Of a stretch of 64,000 bases of DNA, positions 40,865 to 50,908 are shown in pieces. Positions within the stretch are counted from its first letter, which is position 1. Every line of letters begins with the position of its first letter. The DNA is from Verrucomicrobiota bacterium (GTDB taxonomy: Bacteria; Verrucomicrobiota; Verrucomicrobiia; Verrucomicrobiales; Verrucomicrobiaceae): positions 41,793-105,792 of the forward strand of contig JANYCZ010000049.1 of assembly GCA_025360015.1 (NCBI GenBank). The letters are read 5' to 3'. The notes below the pieces were generated by a model that saw only the letters and a program-made list of their open reading frames with translations, did no database searches and was not told the DNA's origin. The position numbers and the translations under genes were made by a program.

Positions 40865-41599
40865 TTAAAACTTCCCCTTCAACAACTCACTCACCGCCGC
40901 ATAGCCCTTCGGGCTGAAGTGGGTGCCGTCTTCGACGAAGAAGTCGGTGCGGGGCTGGCCTTGGCCATCGAGGAAGGCGGGGAAGAGGTCGATGAACTCG
41001 ACGTTCTTTTCGCTGCTCGCGAGTTCGGCGAGAAGCGTGTTCAATGAACGAATGACCGCGAGAACTTCGGGCGAGCTGCTGGAGCGCCGCACGGGCGGCA
41101 CGCCAAGGCAGTAAATGCGGGTCTCGGGCAGAATGGTGTGGACCTTGGTGATGAAGACGCGCGCGGCGTCGCGGATCTGCTCGGGCGATTTGCCTGCAGC
41201 GAGGTCGTTGCCGCCGGCGTTGACCAGGATCATCTTCGGCGCATAGGGCAGCACGATGCGGTCGGTGTAGCGCAGCACATCCGTTAGCTGCGCGCCGCCG
41301 AAGCCGCGATTGATGACCTGGTGCTGGGGAAAGTACGTGCCCACATCCGTCCAGCGCCGCGCGTTCGATCCACCGACGAGCAGCACCGCCCCCTTCGGCG
41401 GCGCCGTGGCAGCATCGGCTGCTTCGAATTTCTTGATCGTCTCCTCCCACCGCGCGGGATCGCCTGCTCCTTTGGCCCCCTTGTTCGCTTTGCCATTTTT
41501 CGCGGGAGCTTCAGCGCCGGGTAGGACGCTGAGCGTCAGAGAACCGAGGATGAGGGTGATGACCGTGAGAGAACGCATGAAGGAGAAGGCATGAGTCAT
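40865..41599 (-). CDS. SGNH/GDSL hydrolase
   Basis: LLVGGSN, NRGFGG, NAGGND, DGTHFS. Confidence 0.9.
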   Translation of the reverse strand: MTHAFSFMRSLTVITLILGSLTLSVLPGAEAPAKNGKANKGAKGAGDPARWEETIKKFEAADAATAPPKGAVLLVGGSNARRWTDVGTYFPQHQVINRGFGGAQLTDVLRYTDRIVLPYAPKMILVNAGGNDLAAGKSPEQIRDAARVFITKVHTILPETRIYCLGVPPVRRSSSSPEVLAVIRSLNTLLAELASSEKNVEFIDLFPAFLDGQGQPRTDFFVEDGTHFSPKGYAAVSELLKGKF

Positions 41600-41641
41600 G
41601 TGTATGTGAGATGGATTCCGCATTGAGGCATGGATTCAGCA

Positions 41642-42316
41642 TTATTTTTTCGTGGACTTGGTTTTGTGAATCACGCCTGCCAGCAAGTCAGCCTCTTGAT
41701 CAAACACCTTCAATGCCTGCTCATACTGAGCGTCAGTAGTGAACTCGTTCCTGGCCACTCGTCCTACGGCCAGCGTGGCTATGATGGCTGAATGCGGTTT
41801 GCGCAAATCAAAGAGGTAGTGAGTGCGGAAAGCTCCCGTACCCGACCACTCCAAGGTCGCGACGTAGCCAAAGGCCACATCTCTGCCACTCACGAACTGG
41901 CCGCGATAAAGCTCAGGCTGGGCCGCGAAGAATGGCGAGAACCATTCCGAACCAGGCGCGGTTTCGATGGCGAGAAGAATGGTCCCAATGGTCTTGCCAA
42001 AACTTCCCTCCTCAGGATAAACGATCTGAATGACTTTGCGGCGTTCGACCGTGGCCAAGGTGGTGATGACCGGTGCCTTTTAACGAGCAATCCATGTGAG
42101 CGCCTTCTCTGTCGGCTCGAAAAATTGATCGTCAACGTAGGGCATTTGCAAATTCAGCAGCGCCAGCCGGAACTCCGTCGAAACTTTGGCGATCCAGTGG
42201 GGCCCCTTGCCCCATGAATAGAGATAGCAGTCTTTGGGAGCGCCGGTGCGAAGGTTGTCCTCCCCATTCACAATCGAGGTAATCGCTGCGAGCAAGACGA
42301 GGAAGAACGTACGCAT
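41642..42316 (-). pseudogene. Exported hypothetical protein split by a single in-frame TAA
   Basis: MRTFFLVLLAA...TWIAR*KAPVITTLATVERRK... The stop at 42080-42082 joins ORFs 42080..42358 and 41642..42058 in one frame. Confidence 0.7.
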
Positions 42317-42362
42317 GGGGAGTAGGGAACAGGGGTAGAGCATGAACAGTTCCGCCAAACGG

Positions 42363-42527
42363 CTACCATTCTCCGCACATGGAGGACAGCAGCAGTACTG
42401 CGGTGACGGCCCAAAGCCAGAACCAGATCAGGCCGGCGAAAAACAACAGGGCCAGGTTGATGCCGAGACCGACCAGACCATAGACGAGCCTCTCACGACC
42501 CGTTGTTTCAGTGAACCATTCAAGCAT
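42363..42527 (-). CDS. Small membrane protein (54 aa, below the ORF-track cutoff)
   Basis: MLEWFTETTGRERLVYGLVGLGINLALLFFAGLIWFWLWAVTAVLLLSSMCGEW*. Confidence 0.6.
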   Translation of the reverse strand: MLEWFTETTGRERLVYGLVGLGINLALLFFAGLIWFWLWAVTAVLLLSSMCGEW

Positions 42528-42549
42528 AGGATATGAGGGGTGAGTGCTG

Positions 42550-43005
42550 CTAACATGCCCGGGCCATCAATTCTCGCAAGGTCGCCATCATGGGATGCTC
42601 CTTGAAACTCGGAAACCGCGCAGGTGGAATGAAGGTCACGGAGGAGCCGATGGCCGTCGGCTCGGAGAGGTCCAGGGTGATCGTCTCGGGGTTCAGGCCC
42701 GTTCTGCTCCAGATGGCGGCAATGGAGGAGACCGGAATGGAGACCACCTGGCCGTGGCACCCGACGAGCAAAAAACCGTTGTCATAGACCAACGACTCGG
42801 CAGCAGGAGATACCAGAGTCTGGTAGATCAGATAGTACACCAGGCCGGCCAGAAGCTGGATGGCGGCTGCAATGACGATCACCTTGAGCGGTGCCGCCCG
42901 TGGGATGAGCAGGCTGAGAAACACGCCGGCATTGAGGGCGATCATGAACGCGGGAGCAAACCGCCGCTGCATCACTGTCTGAAAGGAGGAGTGAAGTTGC
43001 GTCAT
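42550..43005 (-). CDS. Hypothetical membrane protein
   Basis: Two TM segments followed by a PH-like beta region. Confidence 0.65.
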   Translation of the reverse strand: MTQLHSSFQTVMQRRFAPAFMIALNAGVFLSLLIPRAAPLKVIVIAAAIQLLAGLVYYLIYQTLVSPAAESLVYDNGFLLVGCHGQVVSIPVSSIAAIWSRTGLNPETITLDLSEPTAIGSSVTFIPPARFPSFKEHPMMATLRELMARAC

Positions 43006-43155
43006 GGCTGGGGCAGGGAACTTGGGACATTGACGCACACTTTTTCAAAAGGACGTGGGTAAAAGGAATACGTTCTCAGAGCCAAAGGAACTCCGTCCAT
43101 TTCGATCAGGCGTGCTCCTGCGATGCATTGATCCGTGAAACTCGCCGACGCCGCA

Positions 43156-43560
43156 TCAGGCATTGCGTCCGGCATCGAACAACACGCCTGTTTCGGCGCG
43201 CTGCTCCTGAATCCTGCGGGCGTGTTCGCGGACGATCTGAAAGGCTGAGATGGCGGACGCTGCAAGGAGGGCCCAGATCAAGAGGCCGATGACTGACTTC
43301 CAGAGAAGGCCAGCCCGACCGTGTTTACGAATACCGCACAGGGCAAAAAAGCCCGACCCGATGCCTGCGAGCGGAATCGCGCTTGAGATCATCACACCGG
43401 CCAGTGCTTCTTCCCGGCTATGAGCGGGAGTCTGCGGCATGACCATGTTGACGACAACCGCGATCAACGGAGACCAAAGGCAAAAGCTGGCTGCCCTATG
43501 GAAGAGGGTCTTCTTGGGCGTCGGCTCAGACGGTCGGGGTGGGTTGGAGGAGTCATTCAT
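43156..43560 (-). CDS. Hypothetical membrane protein (3 TM)
   Basis: Three hydrophobic segments, ATG start. Confidence 0.7.
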   Translation of the reverse strand: MNDSSNPPRPSEPTPKKTLFHRAASFCLWSPLIAVVVNMVMPQTPAHSREEALAGVMISSAIPLAGIGSGFFALCGIRKHGRAGLLWKSVIGLLIWALLAASAISAFQIVREHARRIQEQRAETGVLFDAGRNA

Positions 43561-43770
43561 AGGTGGCTAGAAAGCGAAAAGGATTGCGCTGCTGAACGCC
43601 ACGGATCAAGCAGCGATGCGATGGCACATGCCATTTTTTGCCAGAGACCTGCATCTGTTACAGCATTTCCAAACTCCTTTCCAAACTGAGGTCAGGCCGT
43701 CCGATGGACCTGGAGGACCGAGCGCTCTGCTTGCTGATTGTCATTGGCAGCTCACTGGACCTCAAATAGC

Positions 43771-44619
43771 ATGCAGTCCAAATTCATTCATCAACTGCCC
43801 ATGCCCGCACTCTCCACCCGAGCAAAGATTTTGGTACTATCAGTCGTTTTCTGGGCCCAGTTTGAAACCGTTCTGGCAAAGACATTGGACGGAAAAACGA
43901 TGACATTAACGATTCCTGATGAGGCTGTGGTCACCAACGAGGTGAACGACACACCCCATAAATTGGACGCTTATGGTTGGGAGTTTTTGCGCGCCGATGG
44001 TGGAGGAATGTTCGGTTTGAGACCTCTCGAAACTCATGGGCTACCAAAAGAAAAATTGCTGCTGCTGGCGCAGGAGCAATTAGCCCGGGAAAAAAAACAA
44101 TACGCATCCATCGGCTTCGATAAGGGAAGAACTTGGTCGCCGATCACGCCCGTTTCATTTAGCAATCGTGGCTGGACAGGCCTGGCCTATCATGTGGATT
44201 CTGTCCTCGTTCTTAAAACTCGGAGCATCAAAAGCACCGAATACCGAATGGTCTTGTGGGGCGGGGGAAAGGCTTGGTTTTGCAGCTGCATTTCTGACGA
44301 CAAGGGACACGCCAGATTCATAAAGGTGCTGGAAAGCGCCGCCTTCAAGGCCATACCCGCAGGAACGACCGACACAGAGCTGGAGATTCAACTGCCGCCT
44401 CAGGAAGTCCGCACTTGGACAAATGCCCTCGGCAGAACCTTTGAAGGCAAGCTTGTTTCTGCCCCAAGTGGTGGACTGTATGTCTGCTTTGAGCGCGAGG
44501 GGCATGTTTTTGCCCCCATGCCGCTCAGCATGCTTTCCAAGGAAGATCAAAAATACCTGCGTACTCTGATCGAGGCATCGACGAAAGAGGTGCCCGTAGA
44601 TAAGAAAAAAACTCCTTAA
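43771..44619 (+). CDS. Hypothetical protein with C-terminal SHD1-like domain
   Basis: VRTWTNALGRTFEGKLVS...LSMLSKEDQKYL; lower GC than its neighbours. Confidence 0.7.
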   Translation: MQSKFIHQLPMPALSTRAKILVLSVVFWAQFETVLAKTLDGKTMTLTIPDEAVVTNEVNDTPHKLDAYGWEFLRADGGGMFGLRPLETHGLPKEKLLLLAQEQLAREKKQYASIGFDKGRTWSPITPVSFSNRGWTGLAYHVDSVLVLKTRSIKSTEYRMVLWGGGKAWFCSCISDDKGHARFIKVLESAAFKAIPAGTTDTELEIQLPPQEVRTWTNALGRTFEGKLVSAPSGGLYVCFEREGHVFAPMPLSMLSKEDQKYLRTLIEASTKEVPVDKKKTP

Positions 44620-44667
44620 CCGCAGCTCTCATTTGAGAGCAAGTTACTCAAAGGAACGAGAAGAGAG

Positions 44668-46611
44668 CTACGCCTCAATTTCCGCTGCCTCAGTCTCCTT
44701 GCTGCCACGCTTCAGCATCACTGCCAGCAGCGCAATGTCCGCCGGATTCACACCTTGGGCTCTCGCGGCTTGGCCGAGGGTGGCGGGGCGGAGGGCGGTG
44801 AGTCGGTGTTTGGCTTCGGTTTTCAGGCCGGGGATGGCGTGGTAATCGAAGTCGGCGGGGATCATTTTCTCCTCCATGCGCGAGGTCTTGGCGACCGTGT
44901 CTTCCTGCCGGGTGATGTAGCCGGCGTATTTAACGTCGTTTTCGACGAGGCTCCAGACTTCGGGAGTGAACTGGGAGTAGATGTCGGCAGGGAGCTGAGA
45001 AGGGATGCTTTCGGGACGACGCAGCCATTTTTCCAGGGTGACGCCGTCCAACCGGGCCTCCTGCAGGAGGATGCGAGCAGCGGCGAGGGCGGTGGATTTG
45101 CCCTCGGTATGACGGATACGGAAAGGGGAGGCGAGGCCGATGGCGGCGGCGAGAGGCGTGAGACGGAGGTCGCAGTTGTCCTGACGGAGGAGGAGGCGGT
45201 ACTCAGCGCGCGAGGTGAAGAGCCGGTAGGGCTCGGTGGTGCCTTTGGTGACGAGGTCGTCGATCATTACGGCCAGGTAAGCCTGGCTCCGCTGGAGCAA
45301 GAAAGGGGGACGACCTTGGGCTTTAAGCGCGGCATTGACCCCGGCGATGAGACCTTGTCCGGCTGCCTCCTCGTAGCCGGAGGTGCCATTGATCTGACCA
45401 GCGAAATAGAGACCGGAAATGCGCTTGGTTTCCAAGGTCGGGTGGAGTTGGGTGGGGGGGCAATAATCATACTCCACCGCGTAACCGGGGCGCACGATCT
45501 CGGCCTTTTCGAGGCCCGGGATGGAGCGGATGAAGTCATACTGGACCTCGAAGGGCAGGGAGGTGGAGACACCATTCACGTAGAATTCGCGGGTGTGGCG
45601 GCCCTCCGGTTCGAGGAAGATCTGGTGCCGTTCCTTGTCCGCAAAGCGCACCACCTTGTCTTCCACCGAGGGGCAGTAGCGCGGCCCGACCCCCTCGATC
45701 CGGCCGGAATACATGGCTGACTTGTGGATATTGGCCCGGATGATGTCGTGCGTTTGGGGGGTCGTGTAGGTGATCCAGCAGGGATTTTGTTCCACGTGGA
45801 ACTTTTCCGGGGTCCAGGAGTTCAGGGTGAACTGGTTAGGACCGGTGCCAGGAAGAGTGTTCGAGCCCTCGATTGGGACCTCCCGGTCGTCCTCCGGAAG
45901 GGTGCCGGAGAGGTAGCTGAACTGCGGAGCTGGCTCATCCCCTGGCTGAATTTCGCACTTGGAGAAGTCGATGCTGCGGCTGTTGAGGCGGCAGGGGGTG
46001 CCGGTCTTGAAGCGCTGGACGTCGAAGCCGAGCTCGCGAAGGCTGTCGGAAAGGGTGGAAATGCTATCCCCCATGCGCCCGCCAGCCTGGTTCTGCTGCC
46101 CCACATGGAGCAGTCCGCGCATGAAAGTGCCGGAGGAAATGATCACCGTCTTGGCGCGGTAGATCATCCCGAGGCTGGTGCGGATGCCGGTAATGGCGTC
46201 GTTTTCCACCAAGATCTCGGCGGCATTGCCCTGATGGAGGTCGAGGTTGGGCTGGTTTTCGATCAGCCATTTCATGCGAAACTGGTAGGCCTTCTTGTCG
46301 CACTGCGCCCGCGGAGCCTGCACACTGGGCCCCTTGCGGGCATTCAGCATGCGAAACTGGATGCCCGTGGCGTCCGTGTTCCGGCCCATGACCCCGCCGA
46401 GAGCATCGATCTCGCGCACCACATGCCCCTTGGCCAAGCCCCCAATGGCCGGATTACACGACATCTGGGAGATGGTATCAAGGTTCTGGGTGAGGATCGC
46501 CGTCTGGCAACCCATCCTCGCAGCCGCCATCGCCGCCTCCACCCCGGCATGACCGGCTCCGCAAACGATGACGTCATAGTGCTTGGGGAAGGTGTAGAGG
46601 CTCGTAGACAT
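44668..46611 (-). CDS. mnmG: tRNA uridine-5-carboxymethylaminomethyl(34) synthesis enzyme
   Basis: [44 protein letters not shown]. Confidence 0.98.
   Translation of the reverse strand: MSTSLYTFPKHYDVIVCGAGHAGVEAAMAAARMGCQTAILTQNLDTISQMSCNPAIGGLAKGHVVREIDALGGVMGRNTDATGIQFRMLNARKGPSVQAPRAQCDKKAYQFRMKWLIENQPNLDLHQGNAAEILVENDAITGIRTSLGMIYRAKTVIISSGTFMRGLLHVGQQNQAGGRMGDSISTLSDSLRELGFDVQRFKTGTPCRLNSRSIDFSKCEIQPGDEPAPQFSYLSGTLPEDDREVPIEGSNTLPGTGPNQFTLNSWTPEKFHVEQNPCWITYTTPQTHDIIRANIHKSAMYSGRIEGVGPRYCPSVEDKVVRFADKERHQIFLEPEGRHTREFYVNGVSTSLPFEVQYDFIRSIPGLEKAEIVRPGYAVEYDYCPPTQLHPTLETKRISGLYFAGQINGTSGYEEAAGQGLIAGVNAALKAQGRPPFLLQRSQAYLAVMIDDLVTKGTTEPYRLFTSRAEYRLLLRQDNCDLRLTPLAAAIGLASPFRIRHTEGKSTALAAARILLQEARLDGVTLEKWLRRPESIPSQLPADIYSQFTPEVWSLVENDVKYAGYITRQEDTVAKTSRMEEKMIPADFDYHAIPGLKTEAKHRLTALRPATLGQAARAQGVNPADIALLAVMLKRGSKETEAAEIEA
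45788..45803. promoter_or_regulatory. parS-like site inside mnmG
   Basis: TGTTCCACGTGGAACT, 15/16 match to TGTTCCACGTGGAACA. Confidence 0.75.
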
Positions 46612-46643
46612 GGGGACGGCGAGAGTAGCACGAGGCAACGAAT

Positions 46644-46659
46644 TGTTCCATGTGGAACA
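46644..46659. promoter_or_regulatory. parS-like site upstream of mnmG
   Basis: TGTTCCATGTGGAACA; the dyad extends by one more T/A pair. Confidence 0.75.
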
Positions 46660-47124
46660 AAACGGAATCGCAGACAGCCCGCCGGGGAAGGGGAAATGTC
46701 CCGCCCAGCGCGTCCCAACCCTCCGCAGAAGCGAAGGGTCAAGCCAGACGGGCATGAGCAAGAATCACTTTCGCTGGCCCATCGCGGAGCAACTGATCAG
46801 GCGGTGGGATCGTGGAATGGAGGGTAAAAAAGGGGAGGTTGGGGAGCCTCTCGGACGAACTAAGCTTCCAGATTCCGGCTAAAGGCCGTACTACAAAACG
46901 TACGCTGGCTGGTTTCAGATCTGGAATGATGCGGGGGGCCTCCAGAACGGATACGATCCAGAACTACGTACTCAGAAGGGCCGGGAGAGTAATTTGGGAG
47001 AGCCGGAGATGCAGAGGTAGCAGAAGGAATTCGGAATTACTCTGCGTTAAAGCGAACGTCCCTATGGCTCGCCATACACGAGTGGAGTTTTGCTGACGTC
47101 CAAAACGCCTTGGGCTCCGACGAC

Positions 47125-47151
47125 GGCTGGCTGAGGACAGCCAGCCCTACC
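47125..47151 (-). repeat. GTAG-type REP palindrome
   Basis: Minus strand GGTAG-GGCTGGCTG-tcct-CAGCCAGCC. Confidence 0.6.
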
Positions 47152-47321
47152 TCGAGCGGCGTGCGCGACTGCTTGTTGCATCCCAATTCACCAGACGGTC
47201 AACGCATCCCGCCAACACACCTACCTTTCAATCACCTGGCCAAGGGACCCCATATGTCCCGTCTGCCAGTGTAATACCCCGCTTGCTTCCGCCCCTCATC
47301 CAGCTAGTATCGCCCTACCTC

Positions 47322-48407
47322 ATGGCCACCGCAAAAGCCCCCTCAAACGCCCTGGCGAAACACGCCTCCGACCCCATCAATCAAAAGCTCACTGCTGCCG
47401 ACAAGGTGAGGCTTTACCGTGAGATGGTCCGCATCCGCTGCTTCGAGCAGGTGTCCCTCCAGCATTACCAAGCCGGCAAAATGGGCGGCTTCCTCCACCT
47501 CTACATCGGCCAGGAATCCGTGGCCGTGGGCACCGTTTCGGTGATGGGTGAAAACGATCACGTCATCACCGCTTATCGCGATCACGCTCACGCTTTGGCC
47601 GTGGGCATGGGCATGAACGAGTGCATGGCCGAACTCTTTGGCAAGGCCACCGGTTGCTCCCGCGGCAAGGGCGGTTCGATGCACTACTTCGCTCCGGAGA
47701 AAAACTACTGGGGCGGTCACGGCATCGTGGCCGGTCAGACCCCGCTGGGTCTCGGCCTCGCCTACGGCCTGAAATATCGCGGCCTCAAAGGTGCCGCGCT
47801 CTGCTTCCTCGGCGATGGCGCGGTGAACCAAGGCGCCTTCCATGAGTCCCTGAACCTCGCGGAACTCTGGGATCTGCCGGTGATCTACGTCATCGAAAAC
47901 AACGGCTACTCCATGGGCACCAGCCAGCAACGCTCGTCCGCCTACACCGACTTCCTCGCCAAGCGCGCCGAAGGTTACGGCATGGCTTGGGAGCAGTTCA
48001 ACGGTGCCGACATCTATGAAGTCCGCGCCGGAGTCAGCAAGGCCATCGAGCGCGCTCACACTCTCTCAAAGCCAAGCATCATCGAAATCGCCACCTACCG
48101 CTGGGAAGGCCATTCCGTTGCCGACGCCAACAAGTTCAAGTATCGCACCAAGGAAGAAGTCGAGAAGTTCCAAAGCGAGCACGACCCGATTCAAGTCTGG
48201 AAGCGCAATCTCCTCGAAGAAGGTGTCGCCACCGAAGAGGAGCTGAAAAAGATCGGCAAGGAAGCCCAGAAGGAAGCCGAAGACTCCGCCGAATTTGCCA
48301 AGGTCAGTCCTTATCCAGAACCCGAATCCATCTTCGAAGATGTGTACTGGGAAGTGGACAACAAGACCGAAGCCGGCCAGACCGGACGGCACTTCTTCAA
48401 CGACTAA
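47322..48407 (+). CDS. pdhA: Pyruvate dehydrogenase E1 alpha subunit
   Basis: GFLHLYIGQE, CSRGKGGSMH, GDGAVNQG...ENNGYSMGT, TYRWEGHS. Confidence 0.95.
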   Translation: MATAKAPSNALAKHASDPINQKLTAADKVRLYREMVRIRCFEQVSLQHYQAGKMGGFLHLYIGQESVAVGTVSVMGENDHVITAYRDHAHALAVGMGMNECMAELFGKATGCSRGKGGSMHYFAPEKNYWGGHGIVAGQTPLGLGLAYGLKYRGLKGAALCFLGDGAVNQGAFHESLNLAELWDLPVIYVIENNGYSMGTSQQRSSAYTDFLAKRAEGYGMAWEQFNGADIYEVRAGVSKAIERAHTLSKPSIIEIATYRWEGHSVADANKFKYRTKEEVEKFQSEHDPIQVWKRNLLEEGVATEEELKKIGKEAQKEAEDSAEFAKVSPYPEPESIFEDVYWEVDNKTEAGQTGRHFFND

Positions 48408-48576
48408 GCGGCCCGAGGAGGATAGGGCTAAGGCCTGTCGGATGGATCAGGGCTTCTTGCCTTGGATCCAGAGCCGAACTGAGGCGAGACGCCCCAAGCC
48501 GTTGTCAGGCCGGAGGCCTAACCTCCAGATTGGCAGAGCGTTCTAACTCGTTTATTTCCAATTACTTGCGTCGATT

Positions 48577-49149
48577 CTACTTCGTACCCACCGTCGAAGT
48601 GATGGTATCCGCCTGACTGCTGAGGATGACGACATGCTTGTCATAAGTCGCCTTGGCCCCGACAAGCTGGGTCACATAGTTCAGCGCCTCGCTCAGAGGT
48701 ACGTTGGAAAGAGACAGGCTGAGCTTCCGCTGCGCCAGCTCCTCGCCCTTCACGATCACGTTGGGCGTCACCTTGCCACCACTGGCATTTTTGGACAGGG
48801 AGCGCAGACCCTCGATGGCTTCCGTCAGTGTCACATCGGCCATCTCCACCTTGGGAAGGGTGACAGCGGCATACTGGGTTTTCAGCGACTCATCCTTTGG
48901 CTGATAGTTCGCGCGAATGTATGCCAGCATGCTCGCCGTCTCCGCATGCTTCGGATTGGCCGCCGCCACCCGGGAGAGCAGCTTATAGGCCGTGTCCAGA
49001 TCACCCTTGTAATAGGCCGCACGCCCCTGCTGAAAGACGGCATTGAGATCCTCCGCCTTGGCCGAGAAGCTGGCGGCAGACATAAAAAAGGCAGTCGTCA
49101 GAAGCGCGACCGCCGTGGAAACCTTGGAACCAAACAGTGATGTTTTCAT
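48577..49149 (-). CDS. Exported protein with TPR-like and STN-like segments
   Basis: Signal peptide; FQQGRAAYYKGD; LPKVEMADVTLTEAI...VPLSEALNYV. Confidence 0.7.
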   Translation of the reverse strand: MKTSLFGSKVSTAVALLTTAFFMSAASFSAKAEDLNAVFQQGRAAYYKGDLDTAYKLLSRVAAANPKHAETASMLAYIRANYQPKDESLKTQYAAVTLPKVEMADVTLTEAIEGLRSLSKNASGGKVTPNVIVKGEELAQRKLSLSLSNVPLSEALNYVTQLVGAKATYDKHVVILSSQADTITSTVGTK

Positions 49150-49257
49150 AAGGGTGGCTGAATTTGAAATCATTTCACCAAATCGCTGAAAGAATGTCAA
49201 GATCGCACACGCACCGACAAGCTTGATGCCGCGTGCATCCTGCTCCATCGGTGAAGC

Positions 49258-50382
49258 ATGCCGCCGCCAAAAAAAACCGCTGCCAGCCAGGTCAATGTCT
49301 TCATTGGCAGCGATGAAGCGCGCGTGAAGGAAGCCGCGCTCATCCTCGTGCGCACCCTCACGCCACCCGACGCCGGAGACTTTAGCAACGACATCATCGA
49401 CGGCACCGCCGACAACTCCGAGCACGCTGGTACCATCTGCTCAAACGTCTGCATGGCGCTGCAAACACTGCCTTTCTTCGGCGGCACGAAAGTCGTGTGG
49501 CTCAAGAACGCCAACTTCCTCGGCGACTCCGGTGCCGGCAAAGGGCAGGCGGCGGTGGGCGGATTCGAGCGCATCCTCGATGTGATCGAAGGCGGTCTCG
49601 GCAGCGATGTGAGCTTCGTCATCAGCGCCACCGGCATCGACAAACGCCGCAACACTTACAAGCGCATCTCGAAGATCGCCGCCTTCGAAGTCTTCGACAA
49701 GCCCGACACCTCGCGCTCCGGATGGGAGGGCCCAGTGCTCGCCATGGCCTCACGCAAGGCCAAGGAACTCGGCATCACCTTTGAAAGCGGTGCCCTGGAG
49801 CTGCTCGTGCAGATGGCCGGCGATGACACGCGGCAGATGGAGAACGAGCTCGAAAAGATCGACCTCTACCTCGGCGAGCGCCGCCGTGCCGGACTCAAGA
49901 CCGTGCAGCACCTCGTCTCCATGAGCCGCGCTGGCGTGCTGTGGGATCTCGGCAACGCCATCGGCAAACGCGATCTGCCTCGCGCTTTGGAGCTGCTCGG
50001 CACGCTCATGTATCAGGGGCAAAACGCCATCGGCCTGCTGCTCGCCGCCATCGTCCCGCGCGTGCGCAGCCTGCTCCTCATCAAGGACCTCGGCTCGCGC
50101 CACAAGCTCAACAAGTTCAACTACGCCGGCTTCTGCTCCTCGCTTGAGGGCCTGCCCTCCACGGCCACCTCGCATCTGCCGCGCAAAAAAGACGGCACCG
50201 GCTTCAACGCCTACCCCATGTTTCTCGCCATTCCCGAGACCGGCAATTTCTCCCTGGAAGAACTCCACGCCGGATTCAAAGCCTGCCTCGTCGCGAATTC
50301 CAAACTCGTCACTTCCTCGCTCGATTCCAAGCTCGTGCTTGAGCGTCTGCTCGTCGGCCTGCTTGCCAGACAATCCCGCTGA
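49258..50382 (+). CDS. holA: DNA polymerase III delta subunit
   Basis: LQTLPFFGGTKVVWLK, ENELEKIDLY, WDLGNAIGKRD. Confidence 0.9.
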   Translation: MPPPKKTAASQVNVFIGSDEARVKEAALILVRTLTPPDAGDFSNDIIDGTADNSEHAGTICSNVCMALQTLPFFGGTKVVWLKNANFLGDSGAGKGQAAVGGFERILDVIEGGLGSDVSFVISATGIDKRRNTYKRISKIAAFEVFDKPDTSRSGWEGPVLAMASRKAKELGITFESGALELLVQMAGDDTRQMENELEKIDLYLGERRRAGLKTVQHLVSMSRAGVLWDLGNAIGKRDLPRALELLGTLMYQGQNAIGLLLAAIVPRVRSLLLIKDLGSRHKLNKFNYAGFCSSLEGLPSTATSHLPRKKDGTGFNAYPMFLAIPETGNFSLEELHAGFKACLVANSKLVTSSLDSKLVLERLLVGLLARQSR

Positions 50383-50388
50383 ATCCTC

Positions 50389-50760
50389 ATGTCCACTGCC
50401 ACCATTCTCACCTGTCTCGCCATCGGCATTGTCAGCGGCGTGGTTGCGGCCTTGTGTGGCGTCGGCGGCGGTGTCGTCATGGTTCCCGCCTTCGTGCTCT
50501 TCCTCAAGCTGCCGCATAAAACCGCCGTCGCCACCTCGCTCGCCATCATCATTCCCACCGCCCTGATGGCCACCACGCAGAATGCAAAGCATGGCTTTGT
50601 GGAATGGAAAGTCGCCGCCATCACCGCCGTGTCCGCCTCCATCTTCGCCTACTTCGGTGCCGGCTGGATGAAGACCCTCAGCAGTGAAACCCTCACCCGC
50701 ATCTTCGGCTTCATCCTCGTCACCTTCGGCGCGCGCATGCTGCTGTATGGCAAGGCTTGA
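50389..50760 (+). CDS. Half-size TauE/SafE sulfite-exporter family protein
   Basis: GVGGGVVMVP, AVATSL; 123 aa. Confidence 0.8.
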   Translation: MSTATILTCLAIGIVSGVVAALCGVGGGVVMVPAFVLFLKLPHKTAVATSLAIIIPTALMATTQNAKHGFVEWKVAAITAVSASIFAYFGAGWMKTLSSETLTRIFGFILVTFGARMLLYGKA

Positions 50761-50908
50761 GAAACGGAAACGCTCCAATCAGAGTTGGTCGAAGGAAAGG
50801 AAAGAGGTGGAAAAAATCGTATGCCGATGCTGTGCCTTTTTCTCTTCTTTCCTTTTTTCGGCCATCTGTTTGGAACACGATTCCATCAGCCAATCTCTAG
50901 ATGCCTAG

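Noticed and set aside
43110-43660. attC-like sites or a 10-bp inverted repeat (ttgatccgtg / cacggatcaa) around gene 43156..43560
   Set aside because: The match is short, lacks proper RYYYAAC/GTTRRRY ends, and no integrase is present.
46612-47321. Possible oriC next to mnmG
   Set aside because: I saw no DnaA boxes (TTATCCACA-like) and no AT-rich unwinding element.
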